From a virus, in the IMG/VR virus record IMGVR_UViG_3300022701_000122, positions 96,001 through 160,000 of that record: 64,000 nt of DNA. The stretch is one strand, 5' to 3'. How positions within the stretch are numbered: the first letter of the stretch is position 1; every line of letters starts with the position of its first letter. This document shows positions 38,373 through 48,411 of the stretch, one piece after another. The notes under the pieces were generated by a model that saw only the letters and a list, made by a program, of their open reading frames with translations, ran no database searches and was not told where the DNA came from. Both the position numbers and the translations under genes were made by a program.

Positions 38373-38947
38373 TGTTCATATCTGAAGAATATGTTACTAT
38401 ACAAAATAGAAAAGTTTATCATTTAGTTACTGGTAATATTAAAACAATAAAGAAGTATGGATTGTGTTCTCCACGTAGAATGTATGAAGTTGATAAAAAT
38501 TTATTTATGAAAACTTCTTATTCTATTTATCAGAAACGTGCGGCAGATTATAAAAATATTTCTATTAATGACGTAACAGCAGAAGATATATTATATTACT
38601 TAGATAATTCACCTCAACGAGTACCACAATTTAGCTCACGTTCTTTATTTTTTAGTTATTTGCCTCTATCTGAACATCATAATGATTTACAAAAATATTT
38701 TTCAAATGCTATAGAATTAAGCTTACCAATGAAATTTTTAGAAATGTATTATAGCAAACCAGTAATTGTTGGACCAGGACCACCTGCTATTGTTAGCAAT
38801 TGGAATATTATTAAAGATCCCAAGTTTATGGAAACTGTTAAGAAAGCAGCAAGAAGGAAGCCGCATCCAGTACTTAGATTTAAATATATTCCACATTTAG
38901 CAGTTGATGCTTACCATATTCCATTTAATAAATTTGAGGTTATTTAA
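38369..38947 (+). CDS. Leader-bearing protein, possible ADP-ribosyltransferase fold
   Basis: MFISEEYV then VYHLVT..I.TI.KYGL.S, SLFFS, IELSL (an H..T..I...GL pattern of ART-like folds). Confidence 0.5.
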   Translation: MMFISEEYVTIQNRKVYHLVTGNIKTIKKYGLCSPRRMYEVDKNLFMKTSYSIYQKRAADYKNISINDVTAEDILYYLDNSPQRVPQFSSRSLFFSYLPLSEHHNDLQKYFSNAIELSLPMKFLEMYYSKPVIVGPGPPAIVSNWNIIKDPKFMETVKKAARRKPHPVLRFKYIPHLAVDAYHIPFNKFEVI

Positions 38948-39018
38948 TGTATATATCAGAACAATTCATAAATGAAAAATGTAGTAGTACAGATCGAATA
39001 AAAAAACTAAAGTATTAG
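38947..39018 (+). pseudogene. Orphan leader remnant (MYISEQFINEKCSSTDRIKKLKY*)
   Basis: The first 45 nt are nearly identical to the start of 39606; it stops after an A run, and another frame continues briefly. Confidence 0.55.
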
Positions 39019-39075
39019 CAGAAGAAAAATATAAATCAGCTAAAGAATGTATGTTAAAAATGGGGGTTAAAATAA

Positions 39076-39603
39076 ATGTATATATCAGAACAATACTTAA
39101 ATGAATTTTTAAAAGGTAAATATTCATACATACACATTGATCTTATAAAAATATATAATGAATATCTATCAAATATAAGAAATTGTGTTAGATATTATGA
39201 TGAAAATAATCAAGGGGATAATGAATTACATTTTTTTATAATAGAGCACGGTCATATAAGTATACCAGTAACTACTAAAATGGAATATGGTTCATTTGTT
39301 CAAAATTTACCAATTTTTTCTATTCGTAAAAGAGATACTTATAAAGATTCTGGTTTCCATAGTGTTTATTTTGAACATAATATACCGATTACTAAATTCG
39401 CATTATGTACTGCACTCAATGATCAGAAATTATTAATGAATTGTCTTAAATTTATTAATAATACAAATATTGATGAATTATATAATGGTTACTTTTGGGA
39501 TAGAGATTATTGTATTGGTAGTTATGATTATATTAAAAAAGATATTAAATATTCTTTAAATCAATATAAACAAATGATTATAGAATTTAAAAGGAAAATG
39601 TAA
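39076..39603 (+). CDS. Hypothetical protein with a leader (MYISEQYLNE)
   Basis: Shared N-terminal leader. Confidence 0.75.
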   Translation: MYISEQYLNEFLKGKYSYIHIDLIKIYNEYLSNIRNCVRYYDENNQGDNELHFFIIEHGHISIPVTTKMEYGSFVQNLPIFSIRKRDTYKDSGFHSVYFEHNIPITKFALCTALNDQKLLMNCLKFINNTNIDELYNGYFWDRDYCIGSYDYIKKDIKYSLNQYKQMIIEFKRKM

Positions 39604-39605
39604 AT

Positions 39606-40328
39606 ATGTATATATCAAAACAATTCATAAATGAAAAATGTAGTAGTACAATAATGTTTTTATCGGAACAATACTTAACTGAAAAATTAGAAGACATCAG
39701 AGTTGATAAAAAATGGTATGATTTATTTAATACTAAATTGAAAAAAGCTTTATTAAAAGAAACTGAAATGGTATTTCTAAAACATTTTAGATTATCTCAT
39801 CCAATTATTGATTCAAGAAAAACATCTATGATATTTGATCATCAAATACTTGGAGTTAGTATTAGTGTTACTATTGTATTATATGATAAATTTGGAAATC
39901 GTATAATGTATGAAAGTGAAGATTTTCCAGGTCAAGATCAATTTGCTGTGTATTTAAAAAGAAATAAAAAATCTGGAAGATGGAGTATAGAATATTATAA
40001 CTTGAATGTTAAAGAGGAATATAGAAATAAAGGTATAGAACGACAATTGATGCAGTCAGTAAATAAATGTGTAAAAATATTGCAAAATGAACGAACTGTA
40101 ACTCTTGAAACGATGGATGATGAACGATATTTTATCTCAAGAATGCCTGGAGTTCGATTTGCAGATGGAGATCCTTATGGAATAATTGGTGTTCAAAAAG
40201 CTTATAAATATTGGTGCAGGAGGAATAAGATACCATATGAAATTCTTACTTTACCATCAGAATACCCAAGAGATTTTTTAACTTCAAAACATGCACCACC
40301 TTTTATAGAATATGTTATCAATATTTAA
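39606..40328 (+). CDS. GNAT-like protein with a tandem double leader
   Basis: MYISKQFINE-KCSSTI-MFLSEQYLTE; LNVKEEYRNKGIERQLM acetyl-CoA-binding-like motif. Confidence 0.6.
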   Translation: MYISKQFINEKCSSTIMFLSEQYLTEKLEDIRVDKKWYDLFNTKLKKALLKETEMVFLKHFRLSHPIIDSRKTSMIFDHQILGVSISVTIVLYDKFGNRIMYESEDFPGQDQFAVYLKRNKKSGRWSIEYYNLNVKEEYRNKGIERQLMQSVNKCVKILQNERTVTLETMDDERYFISRMPGVRFADGDPYGIIGVQKAYKYWCRRNKIPYEILTLPSEYPRDFLTSKHAPPFIEYVINI

Positions 40329-40351
40329 TATATGATCAAGAGGGATAATAA

Positions 40352-43300
40352 ATGCAATTTAACAAATTAAAATTATATAAACCGATTACTAATATAGTTG
40401 TACCTCAAACAGGTTATAACTCATTAAATATATGTTTAGCATATTTTCCAGAAAATACGTCATTTCTTGAATCATTTAATTATATACATATAAAACCATC
40501 AAATAGTGTTAAACGTATATTAATCCCCAAAACAAAAAAACCACCAACACATCTTACAAATAAATATAAAAGAGAATTGATGGATAGAAAATTGATTCCA
40601 GCAAGAGGATTCTTTGGTGATTATAGTAGAATGATCGGTAAGAATTTTTATTTAGATTTTGGATTATTTATAAATAGAATCGCTAAAGTATATGATATAA
40701 CGAATTATAATGTAGGAAGACCGTATAATATGATTCAGCAGTTAATGAATACTTTAGATGAAACAGAATCTAATTTTTATACAACTGTATTATATTCAGT
40801 AAATATAGAGAAATCTTTGTCTTCAAAATTAATTAGAAGAAGAGTATTTCCTATATATAAAATGATTGCTGATAAATTAACTGGTAAATTGGAATCTTTA
40901 CCATTCAAACGAGTTATACTACATATATTCAATCATTCGAATTCAATGTTTAATATGGTTTATGATGAATATGAGAATAATAGTATATCCAGATTAAAAT
41001 CAGTATTATCTAAAGTATATAGTGTCAATGAAGCTGATTCTGAATTTGTAGAAAAAGAAGAAATATCTAAAGATATATCTTCTGATCTTATAAAGAAATA
41101 TTCATCACTGAAAAAGTATGGGAAACCAATTCAAGATTCTATATCAAATTTATTACAATCTGACTCAACTCTACATAGTGTTACATCAGATAATATAAAT
41201 AAAGATATGCTATCATTATCAGCACTTGCTTATAATATAACAGGCGATATAGATAAGTCAAAAAATATAGCTAAATCTATAATGAATATATCTGATAATG
41301 TTAAAAGAGATACTGCTATAAACAATTTAGTAACTAGTTTTTCAGAAATGATGATTAAACGTCCACCTATAACATCATATTCTGATAATCCAATAGTTAC
41401 TGCTTCTAAGCCGATACAAATAACTGATGGAAAAGTACCATCTCATATATTAGAAAAAAGAAAAATGGATTTTGAAAATATATTAAGAGATGATTTGGAA
41501 TCAGTATTTAAACCATTTAAGAATGAGTTTGTTCCAATAGAAGTTGTAGATCTTGAAGTAAAACACATTGAATCTCCACCAGGAGAATTGAAGAAGACAT
41601 TACTTGATAGATATTTAATAAAATTAAAAGATGGTGATGGTAAAATACACAATGTAACAATAGAAATACCAACACTTACCAAAAATGGAACGTTTACTAT
41701 TAATGGTCAAGATAAAGTATTAGTTAATCAATTAGTACCATTTCCCATTTTTTTCTTGAAGCCATATTCTGGTCGATTTGAATCAATATATTCAACTATT
41801 ACTATATATAGTCGCCATCTTAAAAATACATCATATTTACATTCGTTTATATCAAATTATTATGTTCCATTAATGATGGTTTTTGGATATAAAGTTGGTT
41901 TTAAAGATACAATGGATTTATTCAAAGTTAGATATAAAATAGTTAAAGAAAAACCAACTTTTAATCCAGATATAGAACAAGTTGTAAGATTATTAGATGG
42001 AAGATATATAATATTTACACATGGTCAAGATAATCAAGTTGGTTATGAGATGGTAGAATCTTTTAAACGATGCATGAAAGATTTTCCAAAAAGAAATGTT
42101 GATGTAGAAGATACAAAATTTTGGATGAGAGTATTGATAAATAATATCGGAACAAGAAATTGTATTTATATGATAGATCTTGTTTGGAAATATATTGTTA
42201 CTCCATCTGAAGAAAAGATATTGAAATCGAGAGGTTATCCAACTGATATTGTAAATATATTGAAATATATATGCGATGAAGTTGTAAAAGGAAGAGTAGA
42301 TGATCGAAATTCAGTAGATCGACAAAGAGTTAGAACAAGTGAAGTATTTACACATTCTATTCAAAAACAAGTAATTGCTGCATATAACGAATTTTTAAGT
42401 AAAAAATTAGGGGGTGATGAAACAGCAGAAATAAGAATAGATCCAAAGAAAGCATTCAATGAAATTGCTCATTCTCAAAATGTGCAAGCATTAGAGATGA
42501 TTAATCCAATGGAAGAATTATCAATGATGACGAGAATAACTCCAATTGGTATTGGTGGTATTCCAGATAAGAATGCTTTTCCACAAGTAGCGATGAATGT
42601 TCATGATACATATTATGGTAATATAGATCCATTTGAAACTCCAGATGGACCTGGCATTGGAATTCAACAACATTTAACAGTTGGTGCAGCGCTGACAAAT
42701 GCGAGAGGTCAATTTAATGTAAAAGATCGTGGAATGATAACTCCAACTGAAATACTTAGTGTCGGACCATGCATGGTTCCATTTGTTGAATCAAATGATG
42801 GTCCAAGAATCACGATGGGTACGGGTCAATCAAAGCAAGCATTACCACTTGTCAATCCAGAAAATCCAGCTATTCAAACTGGTTATGAGTCATTATTTAC
42901 TCCATTATTATCCGATTCATTTATAAAAAAATCACCAGTGGATGGTAAAATTGTAGAAATAACTGATGCATTTATAACGATTGAAGATAAATTAACTGGT
43001 GAAAATATAACAGTTAGTATTGCTCCGAAAAAGATAAAAAGTGGACAGGGTAAATATGGATTAAGTAAATTTAAACCCGTAGTGAAGAAGGGACAAATTG
43101 TAAAGAAGAATGCACTAATGGCAGAAGGTGCAAATATAAAGAATGGTTTAATAAGTAATGGGATAAATCTTTTAACTGCTGTTATGCCTTGGAAAGGCTA
43201 CAATTTCGAAGATGGTATAGTTTTATCTAAATCAGCATCGAATAAATTCTTATCTGCCCATATAGAAGAGAAACAGTTATATTTAGATGTAGATGATGAA

Positions 43301-44461
43301 TTGATATTTATATCGCAAATAGGCGATACAATAAAAAAGGGTGGAATAATTGCCACTCGTTCTAAAGCTCTGTACGATGTAGAATCATACAATCATACGC
43401 ATTGTGATGGTGGAACATTGACTTATATAGAGGTGTATTCTAACGTAGAAGAAGAAGAGATACCAGAAAAGTTAGTACCAATATATAAAGATTTTAAACA
43501 CCAATATGAGTTAATAAATGGAACTTACCCGACTGGTAAGTTTAGAGAAAAACAGAGCAAGATAGAAGGTATATTAATAAAATTCACACTTGAGCAACAA
43601 TTAGTACTTAATAAAGGTGATAAATTAAATAATAGACATGGGAATAAAGGAGTAGTCGGTATAATAGAAGATGATGAAAATATGCCTCGTACACCGTGGG
43701 GCGAACATTGTGAAATCGTAATTAATCCAATTGGTATAGTCAATAGAATGAATAACGGTCAGTTGTTCGAAATACATTGTGGTTTGATTTCTCGTGAATT
43801 ATCAAAACAAATGGGTAAACTTGAGCGTCAAGCATTTATAAAATTATACGAAAGAGTTCTCTCTTTCTTAGATGGAACAAAGAATCAACAATATAGTAAA
43901 AACGTAATCCAATATCTTACCAAAATATCAGATAAAAAATACAACGAAGTTAAAACAAAACTCGTTAATGATAGATTTATCCCATTACTTTTTACACCAT
44001 TCAAGTCACCTACCCGAATGAATATTCTTGATGCATTAAAAGTTGTTGGATTAAAGCCAAAATATCCAGTTACATTTACTTGGAATGATAAAAAGATAAA
44101 AACTGATCCAGTAAATATTGGATATATGTTAGTTCAAAAATTAGAACATTTGGCTGATAAAAAGATGGCTACGAGAGGAGTTGGTGCATATGTTGGTAAA
44201 ACTTTGGCTCCTACTCAAGGTAAGAGGAGGGGTGGGGGTCAGTTTTGTGGAGAATATGATATGTATGGGTTGCTCTCATGGGATTGCCCATTGGTCATAG
44301 AAGAATTTTTTGGACCATTATCTTCAGATCATCCCACTAAAAATGAGATGATTGGAGAGTTAATACAAACCGGTGAATGTGAAACTAAAAGAGCGAAAAC
44401 GAATCCAGTTAAAGATCTTCTTTCACAAATGTTTACAGCTATACATTTAGAATCACAATAA
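40352..44461 (+). CDS. rpoB: Phage RNA polymerase beta subunit with a long N-terminal extension
   Basis: GTFTINGQDKVLVNQL, IDPFETPDG, SNDGPRITMG..QSKQA, YNFEDGI, GDKLNNRHGNKGVV, NPIGIVNRMNNGQ, KLEHL, GGGQFCGEYD. Confidence 0.95.
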   Translation: MQFNKLKLYKPITNIVVPQTGYNSLNICLAYFPENTSFLESFNYIHIKPSNSVKRILIPKTKKPPTHLTNKYKRELMDRKLIPARGFFGDYSRMIGKNFYLDFGLFINRIAKVYDITNYNVGRPYNMIQQLMNTLDETESNFYTTVLYSVNIEKSLSSKLIRRRVFPIYKMIADKLTGKLESLPFKRVILHIFNHSNSMFNMVYDEYENNSISRLKSVLSKVYSVNEADSEFVEKEEISKDISSDLIKKYSSLKKYGKPIQDSISNLLQSDSTLHSVTSDNINKDMLSLSALAYNITGDIDKSKNIAKSIMNISDNVKRDTAINNLVTSFSEMMIKRPPITSYSDNPIVTASKPIQITDGKVPSHILEKRKMDFENILRDDLESVFKPFKNEFVPIEVVDLEVKHIESPPGELKKTLLDRYLIKLKDGDGKIHNVTIEIPTLTKNGTFTINGQDKVLVNQLVPFPIFFLKPYSGRFESIYSTITIYSRHLKNTSYLHSFISNYYVPLMMVFGYKVGFKDTMDLFKVRYKIVKEKPTFNPDIEQVVRLLDGRYIIFTHGQDNQVGYEMVESFKRCMKDFPKRNVDVEDTKFWMRVLINNIGTRNCIYMIDLVWKYIVTPSEEKILKSRGYPTDIVNILKYICDEVVKGRVDDRNSVDRQRVRTSEVFTHSIQKQVIAAYNEFLSKKLGGDETAEIRIDPKKAFNEIAHSQNVQALEMINPMEELSMMTRITPIGIGGIPDKNAFPQVAMNVHDTYYGNIDPFETPDGPGIGIQQHLTVGAALTNARGQFNVKDRGMITPTEILSVGPCMVPFVESNDGPRITMGTGQSKQALPLVNPENPAIQTGYESLFTPLLSDSFIKKSPVDGKIVEITDAFITIEDKLTGENITVSIAPKKIKSGQGKYGLSKFKPVVKKGQIVKKNALMAEGANIKNGLISNGINLLTAVMPWKGYNFEDGIVLSKSASNKFLSAHIEEKQLYLDVDDELIFISQIGDTIKKGGIIATRSKALYDVESYNHTHCDGGTLTYIEVYSNVEEEEIPEKLVPIYKDFKHQYELINGTYPTGKFREKQSKIEGILIKFTLEQQLVLNKGDKLNNRHGNKGVVGIIEDDENMPRTPWGEHCEIVINPIGIVNRMNNGQLFEIHCGLISRELSKQMGKLERQAFIKLYERVLSFLDGTKNQQYSKNVIQYLTKISDKKYNEVKTKLVNDRFIPLLFTPFKSPTRMNILDALKVVGLKPKYPVTFTWNDKKIKTDPVNIGYMLVQKLEHLADKKMATRGVGAYVGKTLAPTQGKRRGGGQFCGEYDMYGLLSWDCPLVIEEFFGPLSSDHPTKNEMIGELIQTGECETKRAKTNPVKDLLSQMFTAIHLESQ

Positions 44462-44466
44462 ATAAT

Positions 44467-44480
44467 TATATATATTAAAT
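44467..44480 (+). promoter_or_regulatory. Putative promoter motif B
   Basis: tatatatattaaat directly after the rpoB stop. Confidence 0.5.
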
Positions 44481-44507
44481 ATTAATATATAATCATTTGG
44501 TTTTTTA

Positions 44508-44545
44508 GGGGAATTAGTTTTTATACTGATTCCCCTTCTTTCTTT
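44508..44545 (+). terminator. Terminator-like hairpin
   Basis: ggggaattagt / actgattcccc, then ttctttcttt. Confidence 0.75.
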
Positions 44546-44573
44546 GTAAAATCAATTTTATTTGGAGATCGTT

Positions 44574-46736
44574 ATGAAAGAAATTAGTTTAACATGTCAA
44601 GTATGTGGAAAAGTAACTAAAACTGAAAGTGGTCTTGGATTACATATTTCAAGATCTAAAAAAGATCATCCTACCATTAAAGAATATTTTGATCTTTATA
44701 TCAAAGAAGAACAAGATGGAATTTGTTCTTTAGATGGCTGTGAAAATAAAACCAAGTTTAGAAATTTGGTAAAAGGGTATGGTCCTTATTGTTCTCCAAA
44801 ATGCATGAATAATTCACCGGAGAGAAAGAAAGCTATAAAGGAAGGAGTAAGGAAAAAGTATGGTGTTGATAATGTATTTCAATCAAAGAAGATTAAAGAA
44901 AAAACTAAACAAATGTATTTAGAAAAATATGGTGTAGAACATAATTCTCAACTTAAAGAAGTAGTTCAAAAAAGAAGAAATACAATGTTAAGAAGATATG
45001 GTGAAACTCATTATTTAAAAACAGAAGAGGGAATGGATCGAGTTAGAAAAACCAATTTAGAAAAATATGGTACTGAATATGTGTTACAAAATGAAGATAT
45101 TAAAGCTAAAGCAGATGCTACTGTTAAAGAGAAATACGGTGTTGATAATGTATTTCAAAATGAAGATATAAAAGAAAAATCAAGAGAAACGATACAAGAG
45201 AAATATGGTGTTGATAATGTATCTCAAAATGAAAATATAAAAAATAAGAAAAGAGAAACAAATCTTAGAAGACATGGTGTTCAACAACCTTTTCAATCTG
45301 AAAAAATATGGAACAAAGTTAAACAAACTTGGTTAAGTAAACATGGATTTGATAATATATCTAAACTTGGTGAGACAAAAGATAAAAAGAAAAAAACATC
45401 TTTAAAAAATCATGGTGTAGAACACCCTCTTCAATCAGAACAAGTTAAATCAAAAATGAAACAAACTAATTTAGAAAGATATGGTGCTGTTGCACCTACT
45501 CAAAATGAAGGTGTAATGGCTAAAATGAGAGAAAATAATTTGGATAAATATGGAGTAGAGTATGTATCACAAGTAGAAGAATTTAAACAAAAAAAGATAG
45601 AAACCAATCTTGAAAGATATGGTTGTAAAGTACCAACTCAGAATAAAGAAATTATGAGTAAAGTAATAAGAACACAACATAAGAAATTTTTTAATGAATT
45701 ATTAAATGGTAATAGATTAAATGATTTATGTATTCCTGATTTTGGATTGGATGATTATAAAGGAATAAAATGTAAATACAATTGGATATGTAAAAAATGT
45801 AGTAATAAATTTAAAGATCATTTATATAATAATCTTATTCCAAGATGCCCTATCTGTTTCCCTATATATTCTTCTATGTCAGAAATAGAAGTTCTTGAAT
45901 TTGTTAAATCTATTTATGATGGAGAAATAATTCCTGGTGATAGATCCATATTAAAAAACAGAGAACTTGATATATATCTTCCAGAATTAAAATTGGCTAT
46001 AGAGTTTAATGGTTTATATTGGCATAGTGAAGGAAGAGGAAAAGACAAAAATTACCACATCGATAAAACAAAAAGATGTGCAGAGAAGGGTATTCAGCTA
46101 ATACATATATTTGAAGATGAATGGAATTATAAACAAGATATCGTTAAATCAATATTAATAGCGAAAATGGGATTATGTAAAAATAGAATATACGCAAGAA
46201 AATGTGAAGTTCATATTGTAACAAATAACAATGATATATGGGAATTTTATAATGATAATCATATTCAGGGTCCAATTCATGGGAATACAACTTTTTCTTT
46301 AAAATATGAAAATGAATATGTTGCAATGATGACAATTGGAAAGAGTAGATTTCATAAAGAAGAAATTTATGAAATTCTAAGATTTTGTGTCAAAAAAGAT
46401 ACTATAGTTGTTGGTGGGTTATCAAAATTAATGAAACAAGTAAGACTTCATCAATTTGGAAAAGTTATCAGTTATGTTGATTTGAGATATGGAAATGGGA
46501 ATGGTTACGAATTAGCAGGAATGAAATTTGTTAAATATACTCAGCCAAATTATTTCTATGTTCGTAATGGTGATTTCATTAGAGAATCAAGAATTAAATA
46601 TCAGAAACATAAATTAGAGAAACAATTAGAAATATTCGATCCAGAATTAACTGAATGGGAAAATATGCAATTAAATGATTTTGATAGAGTATATGATTGT
46701 GGGAATAAATTATATGAATTAGTAATAGAGAAATAA
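44574..46736 (+). CDS. Second Hef-like repeat-array endonuclease (12 x 23-aa repeats)
   Basis: Same architecture as 29697; ELDIYLPELKLAIEFNGLYWH, LIHIFEDEW. ATG at 44574 (track TTG 44562). Confidence 0.8.
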   Translation: MKEISLTCQVCGKVTKTESGLGLHISRSKKDHPTIKEYFDLYIKEEQDGICSLDGCENKTKFRNLVKGYGPYCSPKCMNNSPERKKAIKEGVRKKYGVDNVFQSKKIKEKTKQMYLEKYGVEHNSQLKEVVQKRRNTMLRRYGETHYLKTEEGMDRVRKTNLEKYGTEYVLQNEDIKAKADATVKEKYGVDNVFQNEDIKEKSRETIQEKYGVDNVSQNENIKNKKRETNLRRHGVQQPFQSEKIWNKVKQTWLSKHGFDNISKLGETKDKKKKTSLKNHGVEHPLQSEQVKSKMKQTNLERYGAVAPTQNEGVMAKMRENNLDKYGVEYVSQVEEFKQKKIETNLERYGCKVPTQNKEIMSKVIRTQHKKFFNELLNGNRLNDLCIPDFGLDDYKGIKCKYNWICKKCSNKFKDHLYNNLIPRCPICFPIYSSMSEIEVLEFVKSIYDGEIIPGDRSILKNRELDIYLPELKLAIEFNGLYWHSEGRGKDKNYHIDKTKRCAEKGIQLIHIFEDEWNYKQDIVKSILIAKMGLCKNRIYARKCEVHIVTNNNDIWEFYNDNHIQGPIHGNTTFSLKYENEYVAMMTIGKSRFHKEEIYEILRFCVKKDTIVVGGLSKLMKQVRLHQFGKVISYVDLRYGNGNGYELAGMKFVKYTQPNYFYVRNGDFIRESRIKYQKHKLEKQLEIFDPELTEWENMQLNDFDRVYDCGNKLYELVIEK
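44829..45656 (+). repeat. 12 tandem 69-nt (23-aa) coding repeats
   Basis: e.g. KTNLEKYGTEYVLQNEDIK, QTNLERYGAVAPTQNEGVM. Confidence 0.92.
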
Positions 46737-46740
46737 TTAT

Positions 46741-46944
46741 ATGAATACAATTACAATAAATCAATTTATTATATTATATAAATATAATCCTGTAACATTA
46801 GATAATTTAACCATTAATTATAATGTAACAAGAAGAGAATATTGGATTAATTTAAGCAATTCGTTTAACTGGTATATGTTAAAAGATCCAATTAATATTT
46901 TTAATATAATCAATAATATAGGAATTAACGGAATAATAGTATGA
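46741..46944 (+). CDS. C-tail family small protein
   Basis: Ends INIFNIINNIGINGIIV. Confidence 0.65.
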   Translation: MNTITINQFIILYKYNPVTLDNLTINYNVTRREYWINLSNSFNWYMLKDPINIFNIINNIGINGIIV

Positions 46945-47321
46945 GTTTTTCAGATTTTATTGAATGGTGTTTTATTAATAACAATATTAGAATAAAATAT
47001 AATAAATCAGTTAAAAAATATGTTGTAAGTTTAGACTGTCTTGATGAATGGTATGGTTTAGATGATTATGACTGTATACTATTTGAGGATGTAATTGATA
47101 ATATAGGAATTAAAGGAATAATAATTATGAATGTGATGGATGAAAATTATTTGCTTGAAGGTCTTGTATGTGATTTTAACAGCATCATAATAAATTATAA
47201 TTATTCGATTAACCAATATTTAATAACTTTTAATAATTTTGCTAAATTATATATTCTTGACGATTATTTACGTATAGATAATGTAATAACTGAACTTGGA
47301 AATTATGGGATTATATTATGA
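46941..47321 (+). CDS. C-tail family protein (two fused units)
   Basis: Internal ILFEDVIDNIGIKGIII-M; ends RIDNVITELGNYGIIL. Confidence 0.7.
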   Translation: MSFSDFIEWCFINNNIRIKYNKSVKKYVVSLDCLDEWYGLDDYDCILFEDVIDNIGIKGIIIMNVMDENYLLEGLVCDFNSIIINYNYSINQYLITFNNFAKLYILDDYLRIDNVITELGNYGIIL

Positions 47322-47560
47322 GCGTTGTTAGAATTAATTGTGATATAAGAAGATTTATAATGTATTTAAATCGTATAGCTCCAAAATATAAAGATGATGT
47401 ATTAGAGTTTTTAAAATCACCATTTTATATAGAATACGATAAATATATTAATAAATTTAAAGCGAAAGTTCTATATATTCCTATATATTATAGAATAAAT
47501 GATAATGTTAATGTATATGATGCTATAACTAAACTTAATTATAAGGGGTTTATATGGTAG
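47318..47560 (+). CDS. C-tail family small protein
   Basis: Ends VNVYDAITKLNYKGFIW. Confidence 0.65.
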   Translation: MSVVRINCDIRRFIMYLNRIAPKYKDDVLEFLKSPFYIEYDKYINKFKAKVLYIPIYYRINDNVNVYDAITKLNYKGFIW

Positions 47561-47808
47561 GAACACTTATTAATTATAATATGAATAGCGTTTTACATGC
47601 TATAAGACGTGATAACGTTAATAATAAAAAATTCAGAATAGATGATTGTAAGGTTATTATATTTAAAAATAGTGATTATTTATTAGTTTCAAGTTGCAGA
47701 TTAAAATATAATAACTATGGTGACGATTGGTGGTATTCTATAGATGATCCGATTTGTTTTGATAGTGTAATTAAAAATATAGGAAATAATGGAGTAATAT
47801 ATGAATGA
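47554..47808 (+). CDS. C-tail family small protein
   Basis: Ends ICFDSVIKNIGNNGVIYE. Confidence 0.65.
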   Translation: MVGTLINYNMNSVLHAIRRDNVNNKKFRIDDCKVIIFKNSDYLLVSSCRLKYNNYGDDWWYSIDDPICFDSVIKNIGNNGVIYE

Positions 47809-48031
47809 TAAATATAGTTTACATGATGCTATGGTAGAATGTATGAACCAACCAAAAGGTTTAATCGATGACAATATTGATCATGGAATAGGAGTTATAT
47901 ATGGAAAATCAACTTGTTTATATTATATATATGCAAAAAATAATAATCATTTTGTAATAAAGAGTATTGATGATTATGTAAAATTTGAAGATGTTGTACA
48001 TAAACTTTCTAAAACTGGAGTTATTATATGA
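47801..48031 (+). CDS. C-tail family small protein
   Basis: Ends VKFEDVVHKLSKTGVII. Confidence 0.65.
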   Translation: MNDKYSLHDAMVECMNQPKGLIDDNIDHGIGVIYGKSTCLYYIYAKNNNHFVIKSIDDYVKFEDVVHKLSKTGVII

Positions 48032-48411
48032 TTAATAGAATTATATTTATAAATAATGTTAAAGTTAATGGATTTAGTCGTTATGAATTTATATTAACAA
48101 TATTTATAAATGATCGTGATGTAGATATAAAAAATATCTATCATTTATTTAAGTTATATGAGTTGAAACTTAAAGTTGATAAAGTTCTACATCAAATACC
48201 TATTGGAAGACGAACTTCCATATTAAATATTAATAAATATAATTGTTCTATAAATAATGAACATATACATGATTTACGAGATGTAAGACAATTGATAAAT
48301 AATCATTTTAGATGTTCAGATCCAGAAATTAGAAAAATAATATTTAAACAGAGTATAATTAATTTTGAATATATTTTATTAAATATTAGTAATATAGGAG
48401 CTATATTATGA
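48028..48411 (+). CDS. C-tail family protein
   Basis: Ends INFEYILLNISNIGAIL. Confidence 0.65.
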   Translation: MINRIIFINNVKVNGFSRYEFILTIFINDRDVDIKNIYHLFKLYELKLKVDKVLHQIPIGRRTSILNINKYNCSINNEHIHDLRDVRQLINNHFRCSDPEIRKIIFKQSIINFEYILLNISNIGAIL

